From: an uncultured Verrucomicrobiae bacterium
Lineage (GTDB): Bacteria; Verrucomicrobiota; Verrucomicrobiia; Chthoniobacterales; UBA10450
Assembly: GCA_963801815.1 (NCBI GenBank)
Contig: CAWDGJ010000007.1
Span: forward strand, 207,700 to 271,699
DNA length: 64,000 nt
Direction of reading: 5' to 3'
Of this stretch, positions 40,293 through 50,568 are shown in pieces (positions within the stretch are counted from its first letter, which is position 1; each line of letters begins with the position of its first letter). Below the pieces are notes generated by a model. That model saw nothing but the letters and a program-made list of their open reading frames with translations, had not been told where the DNA came from and made no database searches. The position numbers and the translations under genes were made by a program.

Positions 40293-41480
40293 CTATCGTT
40301 CGTGCAATGCAATGCTCGAACCGACCCAGGTCTTGTCTTTGTTGAAGTCGACGCCCATCATTTTCCCCTGACTCATCCGGACCAGGTTGTTGAGCAGGAC
40401 CGGCTCGCCGCGTTCCGACCAGACAAACATCATTCGTAATTCCGCTTTTGATTTTGGTCCGTCTACCGTCGGCACGAAGGACGCGTATTCGACCTTCCTT
40501 TGTAAAATCCATTGACGCGCGTCCTTCAGCGCCCCGATTTTTTCGCGGCTCGGTTCCATATCCACGCCGAGACCCGCGAACGAGTAGAGCGGTTTCAAGA
40601 CGTAATTGTCGATGTTTTCGCTCGCGGGAAATTCATCCGCGAAAAACGCGGGCGACGTGTGCTCCGTCTTGATGAACGGCAACGAATGTTTGCTGATCTT
40701 GTAATACCAATTCGGATGCGCAATCCATGCAACATCGAGCTCTTCCTGAAAACTGAAGTCCAACTTCAGGTCCGGCCGGCGCTCCAGTTCGTCGAAGATC
40801 ACGCGATTGTAGATGCGTTCGATACGCGTTTCATGTCCGCCGCGATTGTAAAACAGCTCGCGCCCGCACTTCCTAATCGTAGTCACGCAGACCGACTGGA
40901 TCCCGAGGAGCAGTTCGGTTGCAGCGAAATCGATCCGCGTTTTTTGCTTCTCCGGCTCGATCTCAAGCAAGATCACGTTCTCCGGTTTCGATTTGCCCAA
41001 AATCGTACGCCGCAATATGTCGATGTATTGCTCGTCCCTGATTCCGCCGAACGATGAGGTCCAGTTTGGCGGAATCGCCGGATACGCTTTGCGCATGCAA
41101 CCAAGCAGCAAAAACTGAAATGCGAACAAACTCGGGAACGCCTGCATCTCGATCAGCCTGGGCGTCAATCGATGGCCTTCTTCACACACGGCCAAATCGA
41201 CAATCAGAAATTCCGGATGCTTGGATTCGTTAGGCACTTCCAGCCCGCGCGGAATTGCGGACGACGAATGTTTCCTGAATTCAGGCGTCAGGGTCCGGGC
41301 TGCGATCTCGTTCGCGGCGTAAACCGCTTCGTCGGTAAACTCGCGGCTGAGAAAGACCGGCGTTTCAGAAATCCGGAAATCCGCCGGCCACTTCGTCGCC
41401 TGATTCACGCACCGCAGCAGGGCCCCGTATTTTTCAGGCGTGAAGTCGGCGTTGAATTTTCTCCGCAGATCCGGGTGCAC
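40293..41480 (-). CDS. Hypothetical ligase, glutathione-synthetase-like/circularly permuted ATP-grasp fold
   Basis: LIEMQAFPS, IYNRVIFDEL, VLKPLYSFAG.GV, ILQRKVEY, ELRM. GTG start at 41480. Fold inferred from motifs. Confidence 0.6.
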   Translation of the reverse strand: MHPDLRRKFNADFTPEKYGALLRCVNQATKWPADFRISETPVFLSREFTDEAVYAANEIAARTLTPEFRKHSSSAIPRGLEVPNESKHPEFLIVDLAVCEEGHRLTPRLIEMQAFPSLFAFQFLLLGCMRKAYPAIPPNWTSSFGGIRDEQYIDILRRTILGKSKPENVILLEIEPEKQKTRIDFAATELLLGIQSVCVTTIRKCGRELFYNRGGHETRIERIYNRVIFDELERRPDLKLDFSFQEELDVAWIAHPNWYYKISKHSLPFIKTEHTSPAFFADEFPASENIDNYVLKPLYSFAGLGVDMEPSREKIGALKDARQWILQRKVEYASFVPTVDGPKSKAELRMMFVWSERGEPVLLNNLVRMSQGKMMGVDFNKDKTWVGSSIALHER

Positions 41481-41482
41481 TT

Positions 41483-41779
41483 TTAAAAGAATGCACGAAG
41501 CGCCGATAACCACAAAGTCGCGGCGCAGCCAATTCCAACGACCGGTGCCCAGGTCGATTGGGGCAGAATCAAAGTCGTTGCGACCGGCAATACGCACATT
41601 GCGCCGCCGACCCACCAGAAGTCATTCGATTGGAGCGCGGGCACCAGTCCAAAAAAATGAGCGCCCACAATCAACGCGATTACCGGAATGACGAATTGCT
41701 TCGCTCCGACTCGCTTGAGCAAGACTACGGCGATCAAAACTGCAAAACACGCGACGATAATCGCGCCGATCGAATTCAC
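41483..41779 (-). CDS. Small membrane protein (possibly a fragment)
   Basis: Hydrophobic 98-aa ORF (IVGAHFF) filling the operon gap with tight spacing. Confidence 0.5.
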   Translation of the reverse strand: MNSIGAIIVACFAVLIAVVLLKRVGAKQFVIPVIALIVGAHFFGLVPALQSNDFWWVGGAMCVLPVATTLILPQSTWAPVVGIGCAATLWLSALRAFF

Positions 41780-42795
41780 ACCAGGAATTTGCCGGCGCGC
41801 ATGATCTGATCGTCATCGAACCAGATGTCGAAATCGCGGCCGACGCAGTCGATGTGCGTTTTCGATTTCCAATCGGCACCGGTGTGCTCGGAATAAGGAT
41901 GGCCGAACGCGACGTGGATGCCGGGAATTTTTTCGTCCTGTAAAATGTTTCCGATCACGTGGGTGCAGGCGGTATTTGTGCCGATGGCAAACTCGCCGAC
42001 ACGGTCACTGTTTTCGTCCGTGCTGGTGTAAGCGCGGAAGTCCTCGAGCAACTCCTTGTTGTCGCAGCGAAGATCAGTGATGCGGTTATCGCGCACTTCA
42101 ATGGTCAGCGGTGTCTCCTGAAGATCGCCGTACTTGGCGCAGAGATAATCACCGACCACGCCGTCCACGACGAAGGTGCCGTTGGTGTTCATCGGTGAAG
42201 TGAAAATTTCGCCGCCGGGAAGGTTTCCCCATTTTTCCGGCGTGATAATCCCGCTGGTCTTCAACCATTTCAGCTTCGGCGAAAATTCTCCGATGAAATT
42301 CGTGCCGTGCGCTGTGCGGCAGGTGATGCGGCCGGTGTGACGCGCCCATTCGACTAAACGCTGGCTCAAAGCGTCGACGTCCTGAAAATCTGCGCGCATT
42401 CCTTCGCACATGATTTGCGGCGTAATGTTGACCATGTGACCATGACGAATGTGGTGCTTGTTCACCACGTCGGTCATTTGCGAGCGAGCGCTCAATTCGC
42501 CGCGTTGCGACTGCGCACAAAAAATCGACACCTGTGACTGCGCGAGATCTTCGAGGATCGGCTTCGGCATGTTCAGCGACGGGCGCTCGTCGTAATCTTC
42601 CCAAACGAACACAGCGTATTCGGACCCGATCTCCTCTACTTCCGCCTGCAACGCCGCCGCGATCTCGCGCGTCTCTTCGTCAGTAATAATGGTGATTCGT
42701 TCGCCCGGTTGGAGGCGAAGACAAACGCGAACGGCGTTGCGCGCACCGGGAGCGAGCTCGGCGTTAATTGCATCGATGGTCAAACGGTCAGGCAT
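41776..42795 (-). CDS. Aminopeptidase, M29 (thermophilic metalloprotease)-like
   Basis: NLPGGEIF, GEFAIGTN, DEKIPGIHVAFG, HIDC. Confidence 0.88.
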   Translation of the reverse strand: MPDRLTIDAINAELAPGARNAVRVCLRLQPGERITIITDEETREIAAALQAEVEEIGSEYAVFVWEDYDERPSLNMPKPILEDLAQSQVSIFCAQSQRGELSARSQMTDVVNKHHIRHGHMVNITPQIMCEGMRADFQDVDALSQRLVEWARHTGRITCRTAHGTNFIGEFSPKLKWLKTSGIITPEKWGNLPGGEIFTSPMNTNGTFVVDGVVGDYLCAKYGDLQETPLTIEVRDNRITDLRCDNKELLEDFRAYTSTDENSDRVGEFAIGTNTACTHVIGNILQDEKIPGIHVAFGHPYSEHTGADWKSKTHIDCVGRDFDIWFDDDQIMRAGKFLV

Positions 42796-42829
42796 TGTTG
42801 ATTCAGAATGACGTGAAAACTTCCGTTTG

Positions 42830-43951
42830 TCATCCACTCGCTGCCAAACCTTCATAAGTTTCGGCAACAATCTGATCGACAACGGCTTTCATGTCCTGAG
42901 TGCGGGCGAACGTCGTCAATTGCCGGTCCGCGCCGGTGCCCTCGCGCATGATGCGTTCGATATGCGCCATTTCGCGCTGACTGCCAAGCTCGTTCACTTC
43001 AGTGGCGACGAACTCGAGTAGTTCGTTGAGCAGGCTGCGCGTCTCCACTTCGGTTTCGCGTCCAAAATCGATCAGCTTTCCATCGATCCCGTAACGTGTC
43101 GCGCGCCACCGATTTTCATCGAGCAAGCGGCGTCGATAAACTCGAAAGGTAGTGTTTCGGCGAAGGAGCTTAAACAGTTTCGAAATGATCGCCTGAATCA
43201 GCGCCGCGATCGCGAGCGTGTCGTCCACCCGAGATTGGGCATCGCACACCCGCACTTCAAGCGTGTCGAAAAATGGATGCAGCCGAATGTCCCACCAGAT
43301 TTTCTTTGGATTGTCGATGCAGCCGGTTTTGACCAGCAGCTTGCAATAATCCTCATACTCCGAGAGCGATTCGAACGCGTCCGGAATGCCGGTGCGGGGA
43401 AAACGCTCGAACACTTTTAGTCGATAACCCTTCAATCCCGTGTCGCGTCCCACCCAGAATGGTGAATTGACCGAGAGTGCATAGATGTGCGGCAAAAAAT
43501 AGCGCGTCTGGTTCATCACATGGATCGCCGCCTCGCGGTTCGGAATGCCGACGTGCACGTGCAATCCGAAAATCAGGTTGGCCCGCGCCAGGGTTTGCAT
43601 GTCACGCAAGATCTGCTCGTAACGTTCGCCTTCGGTGATCAGCTGGTCGCGCCAGTGCGAAAACGGATGCGTCCCGACCGATGCGATCTTTAGTCCTCTC
43701 TCCCCCGCCAGCTTCGCCAGTTTACTGCGAAGATCGACCACATGTTCGCGGGCACATTCGATGTCGGCGCAGATTTCAGTGCCGAGCTCGACCACGGATT
43801 GGTGCATCTCGGGTTTGATCTGCTCTTTGAGCAAGACTTTGCCGCCTTCGAGAATTTCCTGAATGTGGGATCGAAGCTCGCGAGTCGCGGGATCGACAAT
43901 GGCGAATTCCTCCTCGATTCCGAGCGTGTAGGTGTGCTGCTTATCGGCCAT
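42830..43951 (-). CDS. Carboxylate-amine ligase YbdK (GCS2 family)
   Basis: TLGIEEEF, GTHPF, GLHVHVG, WWDIR.HP...TLEVRVCD. Confidence 0.93.
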   Translation of the reverse strand: MADKQHTYTLGIEEEFAIVDPATRELRSHIQEILEGGKVLLKEQIKPEMHQSVVELGTEICADIECAREHVVDLRSKLAKLAGERGLKIASVGTHPFSHWRDQLITEGERYEQILRDMQTLARANLIFGLHVHVGIPNREAAIHVMNQTRYFLPHIYALSVNSPFWVGRDTGLKGYRLKVFERFPRTGIPDAFESLSEYEDYCKLLVKTGCIDNPKKIWWDIRLHPFFDTLEVRVCDAQSRVDDTLAIAALIQAIISKLFKLLRRNTTFRVYRRRLLDENRWRATRYGIDGKLIDFGRETEVETRSLLNELLEFVATEVNELGSQREMAHIERIMREGTGADRQLTTFARTQDMKAVVDQIVAETYEGLAASG

Positions 43952-44066
43952 TCGAATGACAAATCTCCGACAAAAACATCAAGATGTCATCCGCCGGGCT
44001 ACGGGGTTGATTTACTGGATCTCGATGTCGCCGCTCTCCCGCGATGGCATCCGCGTACCACTGTCG

Positions 44067-45033
44067 TTAGGCCAGTTCGCCTAACGAACGCTTATTCACC
44101 GCGGCCTGAAGATATTTGCCCCAGCTCAAGTTGTCGCGGCCGGGGACGTGTTCGCGCGCTTTGCGAATCGCCATTTCGGAGACCGCTTCCACCACCCACT
44201 CAAAATTCCCCTGACCGACTGATGCTGCTTCGGCGTCCGGAGCGGGATTGCAGAAATCGATCGCCATCGGAACGCCGTCGCGGATGGCAAACTCGACCGT
44301 GTTCAAATCGTAGCCGAGATACTGATTCAAGCGAAGTACCCCTTCCTCGACCTTCTGCAAAATCTCCTTGGGTGCCTGCCATTCGGTTTGGTAGCGCAAA
44401 TGATAGGGATGCCGCGGCTCGTAGGGCATGATGCGCACGTTGCGTTGATCGATTGAGTAGCAGCGGAAGTACATCTCGAACTTCACTTCTTCCTGCAAGC
44501 ATCATCACCAGTTGTCCGGTCTCGTTGTAGGCGCGGAAGAATTCGTCCCGATTGTGCAGGCGATAGACGTTTTTCCAGCCACCGCCGGAGAACGGTTTGA
44601 AAAACGCCGGCCACCCGACGTAGGCGAAAATTTCTTCCCAATTTAACGGGTAAGCGAGATTGCGAAATGATTTTTCGCTCGTGTCCGGCGGCGGTTGGTT
44701 CGACGGCAGTAGCACCGTGCGGGGAACCGCCACCCCGATCTTTGTCGCGAGCGCATTGTTGAAAAACTTGTCGTCCGCGCTCCACCAAAACGGATTGTTC
44801 ACCACCGCCGTGCCGGAGAGCGCCGCATTCTTTAGCCAGGCGCGATAAAACGGCACGTCCTGCGAGATGCGATCGATCACGACGTCGTAACCGCACGGTT
44901 CGCCTTGAATCACTTTGTCGATCCGGACGAACTCCGCGACGATATCTTTGCCGCCGGTTTTCTGGTTTACCCGCTCGACAAACGCCGGGGGAAAGCTGTG
45001 TTCCTGACCAAAGAGGATTCCGATTTTTTTCAT
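44067..45033 (-). CDS. RimK-like ATP-grasp ligase (frameshift near 44498)
   Basis: DRIS, NNPFW, DKF, FFKPFSGGGW, (L)QE, VEFAIRDG...IDFCNPAPD across two frames. Confidence 0.85.
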
Positions 45034-45090
45034 GAGAAAAGAAACCCGCGGATTACGCGGATTTACACGGATAGCAGCAAAAAGAAATCT

Positions 45091-47481
45091 TTAAAATCGT
45101 TTCGGATGCCAATCCGGATTTTTTAGACTGCCTTCGCCTTTGTATTCGAACAATTTATAGACCGGGGTCAGCAGAATGCCCGGCCCTTTAGGGTCGACCC
45201 GCACATCGAAGTCGAGTTTGTCGTCCAGAAAATGAATGTCGCCGTGGCCGACCATTGAAAAGAGTTTGCCCGCCGCTTCGAGATCCTCGGTGTGAATTGT
45301 TCCGCTCTTCACCGTGAAGCTGGCGGTCGCATCACGGGCGATACTGTATCCAAAACCGGGAATCACCGCGCCCAGTAGCCCGGAAAGCGGACCGAAGACC
45401 GGAATCGCAAACACGTCGCCGTTTGCTACATCGACTTTTCCGCTCCCCTGCATCAATCGCGAGTTGTCACCAACGCCGGTAAAATCGTAGGTGCCATTGA
45501 GTTGACCGTGGGCCGTCTTGTAATTCCAGTAAAGATCGGTCAGGCGCGGAAAATCCATGGCGTCGACGGCCAACTTCGCGCGATATCGCTGATCGTTGTG
45601 GGCCAGTGAAATGTCGGCGCTCCCCCGAAAATTTCCCGAAAGAAGCCCACCGTGAACATCGACAATCTGCAAGTGATCATTCGTGAAAAGAAGTCGCCCG
45701 TTGATCTTTTGAAACGGCAGCGTTTTGCCCAAGAACACGTAGTCCATTCCGGCGGGTGAATCGACGTTGATCTCAAGTCGGGTCGCTGTTCCGCCGCCAA
45801 ACTGGTAGACACCGTTCGCGGTAATGGTTGGAGGTTGATGAAACTTATAAGGCGCGACCGTTTTTGGCAGGTCCGGATCAATCCAACAAGCCGCTTCAAC
45901 CGGTCGCACGTTCGCTTTGATGTTCGAGACACGAACTTCGTGATTGGCGAAATCGTAAACGAAACTGCCGGTGCCAACCCCTTCGTCGCGGACGACGCGG
46001 AAGTTGTCGTAAGTCACCGCACCATTGGCGAAATGAATTTTGCTCGTCGCGCTGTTCATCCATTGCCCGCGAAAGCGCGTGCGCTCGAGAGCAACATTTC
46101 CGTCGCCCTGCCAGTTTTCCGGTTGTCGATCTTTTCCGCGAATAGCGAGATGGATCACGGGCTCTCGTGAGAATTCCCACTCGCCCAGAAATTCCTGGAT
46201 ATCCGGTGAAACGAACGGACGCAGTGCGCCGACCGCGACCGGGCCGTCGACGTTCAACCGAAACTCGTTAGGCGCTTCGTACACTTCAGCCCGAAGGTCG
46301 CCATTTTGATGCCGCACGTGGATGTCACGCAGCCAGGTCCGTTCGCCGTCCCATGAAAATTCCGCGCGGCAATCCGACAACGACAGGTTCTTGTAGGTTA
46401 ATTTCTCCGCGGCGAAGTGGCCGATTAGTTTTACTTGCGGATGGCCCCTCTCAAAATTGGCGGAGCCTGAAACGTCGATGACCGGCGATACGTTGAAGCT
46501 AACGTCCGCCACCGGTTCACCGAAGTCAGCGGCGTCGAGCAATGTTTTGAGATCGAGACTGCTGCGCGCATCGAATTTTGCCTCATTGGTTTTTCGGCTC
46601 CAATTCCCGGTCGCAACCAAGCCACCCAATCGATCGCTCCATTCACAACGGGTGACAGTAAGAGTCTGGTCACTCCACTCTGCCGCGGCGATGAAGTCGC
46701 GCATCTCGTAGTCTTTTCGTTTTATCACTTTTCCCTGCAGGGTTGCTTCGGCGCGCGCGTCTTCGAGGTCCGCAAGGTCCCCGCTGAATTTCACCTGCAA
46801 TGCCGGCGCTCCGCCTGGAAAACTGAACTTCTGCAGTTCGGCAACGATCTTGCGAACAATCGACCATCTCATCGCGCGCTCCTCGTCGGACAGCGGGGGC
46901 GACGGTTGATAATCCTCGCGCTTGATCAACTGACCGGTGGCCGAGATGCGTACTCCGCAAAAGAATCCCTCCGCCTGACTGATATAAATTTGTTCCGGCG
47001 GAAAATAGATATGCGCGCGAAATTTTCTCAGCTGCGGCGGCTCGACCTTTCTCCCATTTGCTGTTTTCAGCGGCAGGGTGACTTCGGCGTTACGAATGTC
47101 GAGCGCGTTGAGAAACGGCTGGTGATGAAAAAAGGCGGCGTAATTTATGTCGAGCGCGACCTCGCTGATAAATGCAAGGGTTTCGGAGCGGTTCTTGTAA
47201 CTAAAAATTCGCACGTCGCGCGCAACCAGACCCCGAAATGGATCCAGCGTGAGATGGCCAATGGCCGCTTCAACCCCGCGGCGATGCATTTCCTCGACCA
47301 CGCGCGTGCGCCATTGTCCGCGGAAACCTTTGCGCGCAAGATACCAGCCGCCGCTGATCGCCCCAGCAATTAACACCACGATCGCCAGGCGCAAAATCGC
47401 GCGCATCAGGGGATGTTTCCCGCCCGGCTGTCGATCCGACGATGGCTCGGCGGTCTTGGTTGGTTCGATGACGGTTGGCAT
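45091..47481 (-). CDS. AsmA-like large periplasmic protein
   Basis: N-terminal TM, beta-rich repeats, C-terminal G.GDI...LDFDVR...GSLKNPDW. Confidence 0.7.
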   Translation of the reverse strand: MPTVIEPTKTAEPSSDRQPGGKHPLMRAILRLAIVVLIAGAISGGWYLARKGFRGQWRTRVVEEMHRRGVEAAIGHLTLDPFRGLVARDVRIFSYKNRSETLAFISEVALDINYAAFFHHQPFLNALDIRNAEVTLPLKTANGRKVEPPQLRKFRAHIYFPPEQIYISQAEGFFCGVRISATGQLIKREDYQPSPPLSDEERAMRWSIVRKIVAELQKFSFPGGAPALQVKFSGDLADLEDARAEATLQGKVIKRKDYEMRDFIAAAEWSDQTLTVTRCEWSDRLGGLVATGNWSRKTNEAKFDARSSLDLKTLLDAADFGEPVADVSFNVSPVIDVSGSANFERGHPQVKLIGHFAAEKLTYKNLSLSDCRAEFSWDGERTWLRDIHVRHQNGDLRAEVYEAPNEFRLNVDGPVAVGALRPFVSPDIQEFLGEWEFSREPVIHLAIRGKDRQPENWQGDGNVALERTRFRGQWMNSATSKIHFANGAVTYDNFRVVRDEGVGTGSFVYDFANHEVRVSNIKANVRPVEAACWIDPDLPKTVAPYKFHQPPTITANGVYQFGGGTATRLEINVDSPAGMDYVFLGKTLPFQKINGRLLFTNDHLQIVDVHGGLLSGNFRGSADISLAHNDQRYRAKLAVDAMDFPRLTDLYWNYKTAHGQLNGTYDFTGVGDNSRLMQGSGKVDVANGDVFAIPVFGPLSGLLGAVIPGFGYSIARDATASFTVKSGTIHTEDLEAAGKLFSMVGHGDIHFLDDKLDFDVRVDPKGPGILLTPVYKLFEYKGEGSLKNPDWHPKRF

Positions 47482-47575
47482 TGGCGGACTAGTACAGAGC
47501 CACAGATAGCCACAGATTCACACAGATTTTTCTCGCCTCTTTTGAACTGTGTCTCATCCGTGTAATTCTGTGGCG

Positions 47576-48001
47576 ATGACGATTCGTGATCTCCCGGCGA
47601 TCAATGCTTCGCTTAACGCGATCAGCACCGTTTTCATTTCGATGGGCTGGTTTTGGATCCGGCGGAATATCTGGCAACGTCACGTCCCCTGCATGATTGC
47701 CGCCCTCATCGCGTCGACCGCGTTTCTCGTCGGTTACATCGTTTACCACGCGCACGTCGGTGAAAAATCCTCCGGCTATACTGGCCTGATTGCATGGATT
47801 TACTTTCCGCTTCTGGTCTCTCACATTCTCCTCGCCTTCGTGACACTGCCGCTGGTGATCGTGACACTGGTACCAGTTTTCCGGCGCCGCTGGGACCGCC
47901 ATCGTCGAATCGGCCGCTGGACGATGCCGATCTGGCTTTATGTGTCCGTCACCGGCGTCCTGGTTTATCTCATGCTGTACCATTGGTTCCCTCCGCAATA
48001 A
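47576..48001 (+). CDS. DUF420 family membrane protein
   Basis: LPAINASLN, FLVGYIVYH, SHILLA, HRRIGRWTMPIWLYVSVTG. Confidence 0.9.
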   Translation: MTIRDLPAINASLNAISTVFISMGWFWIRRNIWQRHVPCMIAALIASTAFLVGYIVYHAHVGEKSSGYTGLIAWIYFPLLVSHILLAFVTLPLVIVTLVPVFRRRWDRHRRIGRWTMPIWLYVSVTGVLVYLMLYHWFPPQ

Positions 48002-48114
48002 TGCCCGTCCGGTCCCCCGTTCGGACGGACTCGTCCCGCGGCGAGCTCGAACTCTTGCACTTGTCCAATAGTTGATGTTTGCTCAGGAGCACTACCTCAG
48101 GGCACAATCGAACT

Positions 48115-48563
48115 ATGGTGACGATCGCCACATTTAATGAGCCGGAAAAAGCCAAACGGCTGAAAGCAACGCTTTCAGGAAAGCGGAATCGAAGCGGACA
48201 TTCACAACGAGCGACATCTTCCAGATGGCGTTCATGTCCCGGCCACTCGCCAATGCCAAAGTAACGGTGGACGATGCCGATTTCGAACGCGCACAAAATT
48301 TCATGATCGAATGGGAAGCTAGCGATCCCGAAGTTTCGGCCGCGATGATCCGTTGTCCGCAATGCGGCTCGTCGAACGTTGAGTATCCTCAAATGACGCG
48401 GAAGTTTATGACCCCGGCGCTGATGGGCCTGCTTTGCGCGCTGAAGATCATTCCCAAGGAATTTTATTGCCAGGATTGTCATTACACGTGGAACAACGAG
48501 GAAGAACGGACCATCGGCCGCCTCTGGCACCGGTTCTTCCCGGGGGAAGAAAAAGCGACCTGA
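48115..48563 (+). CDS. DUF2007-like protein with zinc ribbon (frameshifted)
   Basis: MVTIATF...GIEA.I across frames; CPQC and CQDC. Confidence 0.65.
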
Positions 48564-48663
48564 TCGCGTTGAAGCGGTGGACCGTTGAAGCGCTGCCGCT
48601 TCGCACCGATGTTTCGGCCATCCGTTTTTAACCTTTCAACTCTGTTAATGCTGTAATCAAGCA

Positions 48664-49504
48664 ATGAAGTGGCTTTTCGTCCTTTTCCTCGCAATCATCA
48701 TTTTTGGCGGCGCCGCCTGGTTCGGTTATAACTTTGTCTTCAAAGAAGATATTCAGGTCGCAAAAGAACAGCGCGGCGAAGTCACACCGGAGCCGCGCAT
48801 CGACCTGACTCTGCCGGAATTCGAAGCCGCCGCGAAATTGCGGCAGGACGGAAAAATTGCCCGAGGCCCGCGCTGCGCTCACAACCTTCATCCAAAAATA
48901 TCCCACGAGTCCACACGCAGACGAAGCCAAGGATTTGTTAGGGGAGGTTAACATCGACATCTTTTTGTCGCGAACGCCATCGCCCGAGAAAGAGGAATAC
49001 ATCGTCAAGCCCGGCGATGTGTTGGCGAAAGTCGCTCGCAAGGTGAAGTCGACCCCGGAGCTGATCATGCGAATGAACAATCTGAGCGGGACGATGCTGC
49101 ATATTGGTGAACGTCTTCTAATTTCGCACCCGGACTTCGCAATCGTGGTCCAGCGGAAGCCGAAGTTGCTCGTCCTTCTAAATCACGGCGGGTTTTTCAA
49201 GCAGTACCACATCCAAGAGGAAAAATTACCGGCGAAAACACCATCGAAAGTCACGGCGAAAGTTGCCGAAGTAATGGCATGGCGAGATGGCAAGCGCGTC
49301 GGTTTCGGCACCAAGGAATTCATCGGCAGCACGCGATGGATCCGCCTCAACAGCCAGGCTTACACGATTTATTCCGTGCCCGATGCTGCTCATCCAAACC
49401 TGGGGCAACCTCCTCCCCCGCAAGGAATCGGACTCGCCGCCGCCGACGTGGAAGAACTGAGCAGTCTGGTGAATAATAAGACCCCCGTCACGATCACCGA
49501 TTAA
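48664..49504 (+). CDS. LysM-domain membrane-anchored protein with degenerate YkuD-like C-terminus (frameshift near 48856)
   Basis: N-terminal TM; YIVKPGDVLAKVA...LHIGERLLI LysM. Confidence 0.75.
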
Positions 49505-49581
49505 GAGTTAAAAGGGTTACAATGTTACAAAGGCTGAACGACTCTAGCATTGTAGCTGTTTTAGCTTTGTAACTTTCATCC

Positions 49582-50562
49582 ATGGAACTTCAACCGCTCG
49601 ATTTCGAGAAGCCGATCTTCGAATTGGAACGACGCCTTCAAGATTTGAAGGAGCATTCCCGCGAGCACGATGTCGATCTTGATTCGGAGGTAAGAGCGAT
49701 CGAAGCCAAATTGCGCGACACCCGTCGCCAGGTTTACGGCAACCTGACCGCATGGCAACGAGTCCAGATCGCGCGCCACGTGCAACGCCCGTTCGCCTTG
49801 GATTATATCGAACGTTGTTTCACCGGTTGGACCGAGCTCCATGGCGATCGCCGTTTCGCGGACGACAAGGCAATGCCGAGCGGGCTTGCCACGCTCAATT
49901 CGATCCGCTGCGTCGTCATCACCCACCAAAAAGGTCGCAATACAAAAGAGAATGTGATGCGCAATTTCGGCTGTGCGCACCCTGAAGGTTACCGCAAGGC
50001 ACTTCGGCTGATGCGGCTTGCACAAAAATTTAACATCCCAGTAATTTCGTTGATCGACACCCCGGGGGCATTTCCGGGAATCGGTTCGGAAGAACGCCAC
50101 ATCTCGGAAGCGATTGCGGTCAATTTGCGCGAAATGATGAACTTGCGTGTGCCGATCATCGCAGCCGTGATCGGCGAAGGCGGCTCCGGTGGCGCGCTCG
50201 GAATCGGCGTGGCAGATCGTGTTCTGATTTTGGAGAACGCGTATTATTCGGTGATCAGCCCCGAAGCGTGCTCTGCAATCTTGTGGCGAGACCGAAAACA
50301 CGCCCCTGAAGCGGCCGAAGCGCTCAAGCTGACTGCGCAGGATTTGCTGAAACTGGAGGTCGTCGACGAAGTCGTGGACGAACCGGAAGGCGGCGCCCAT
50401 CGCGATTATGAAACTGCCGCGTTCAATCTCGGCAGCGCGCTGCGTCGAAATCTCGCCAAGTTGCTCGAACAGCCGGTCGACCAACTGCTCAAGAGCCGCT
50501 ACAAAAAATTCCGCGGTCTCGGAAATTTTGCCGAATCAAAATCCGAATCCGGACGTTCATAA
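49582..50562 (+). CDS. accA: Acetyl-CoA carboxylase carboxyltransferase alpha subunit
   Basis: LDFEKPI, ELHGDR, PEGYRKA, GEGGSGGAL, EPEGGAH. Confidence 0.97.
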   Translation: MELQPLDFEKPIFELERRLQDLKEHSREHDVDLDSEVRAIEAKLRDTRRQVYGNLTAWQRVQIARHVQRPFALDYIERCFTGWTELHGDRRFADDKAMPSGLATLNSIRCVVITHQKGRNTKENVMRNFGCAHPEGYRKALRLMRLAQKFNIPVISLIDTPGAFPGIGSEERHISEAIAVNLREMMNLRVPIIAAVIGEGGSGGALGIGVADRVLILENAYYSVISPEACSAILWRDRKHAPEAAEALKLTAQDLLKLEVVDEVVDEPEGGAHRDYETAAFNLGSALRRNLAKLLEQPVDQLLKSRYKKFRGLGNFAESKSESGRS

Positions 50563-50568
50563 TTCGTA

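Noticed and set aside
49576..50484. 302-aa antisense ORF over accA, and similar shadows over typA (23502..24149), ispG (29400..30260), nfo (53187..53918) and 61447..62367
   Set aside because: They overlap well-supported genes and have no recognisable motifs; expected from codon bias at this GC.
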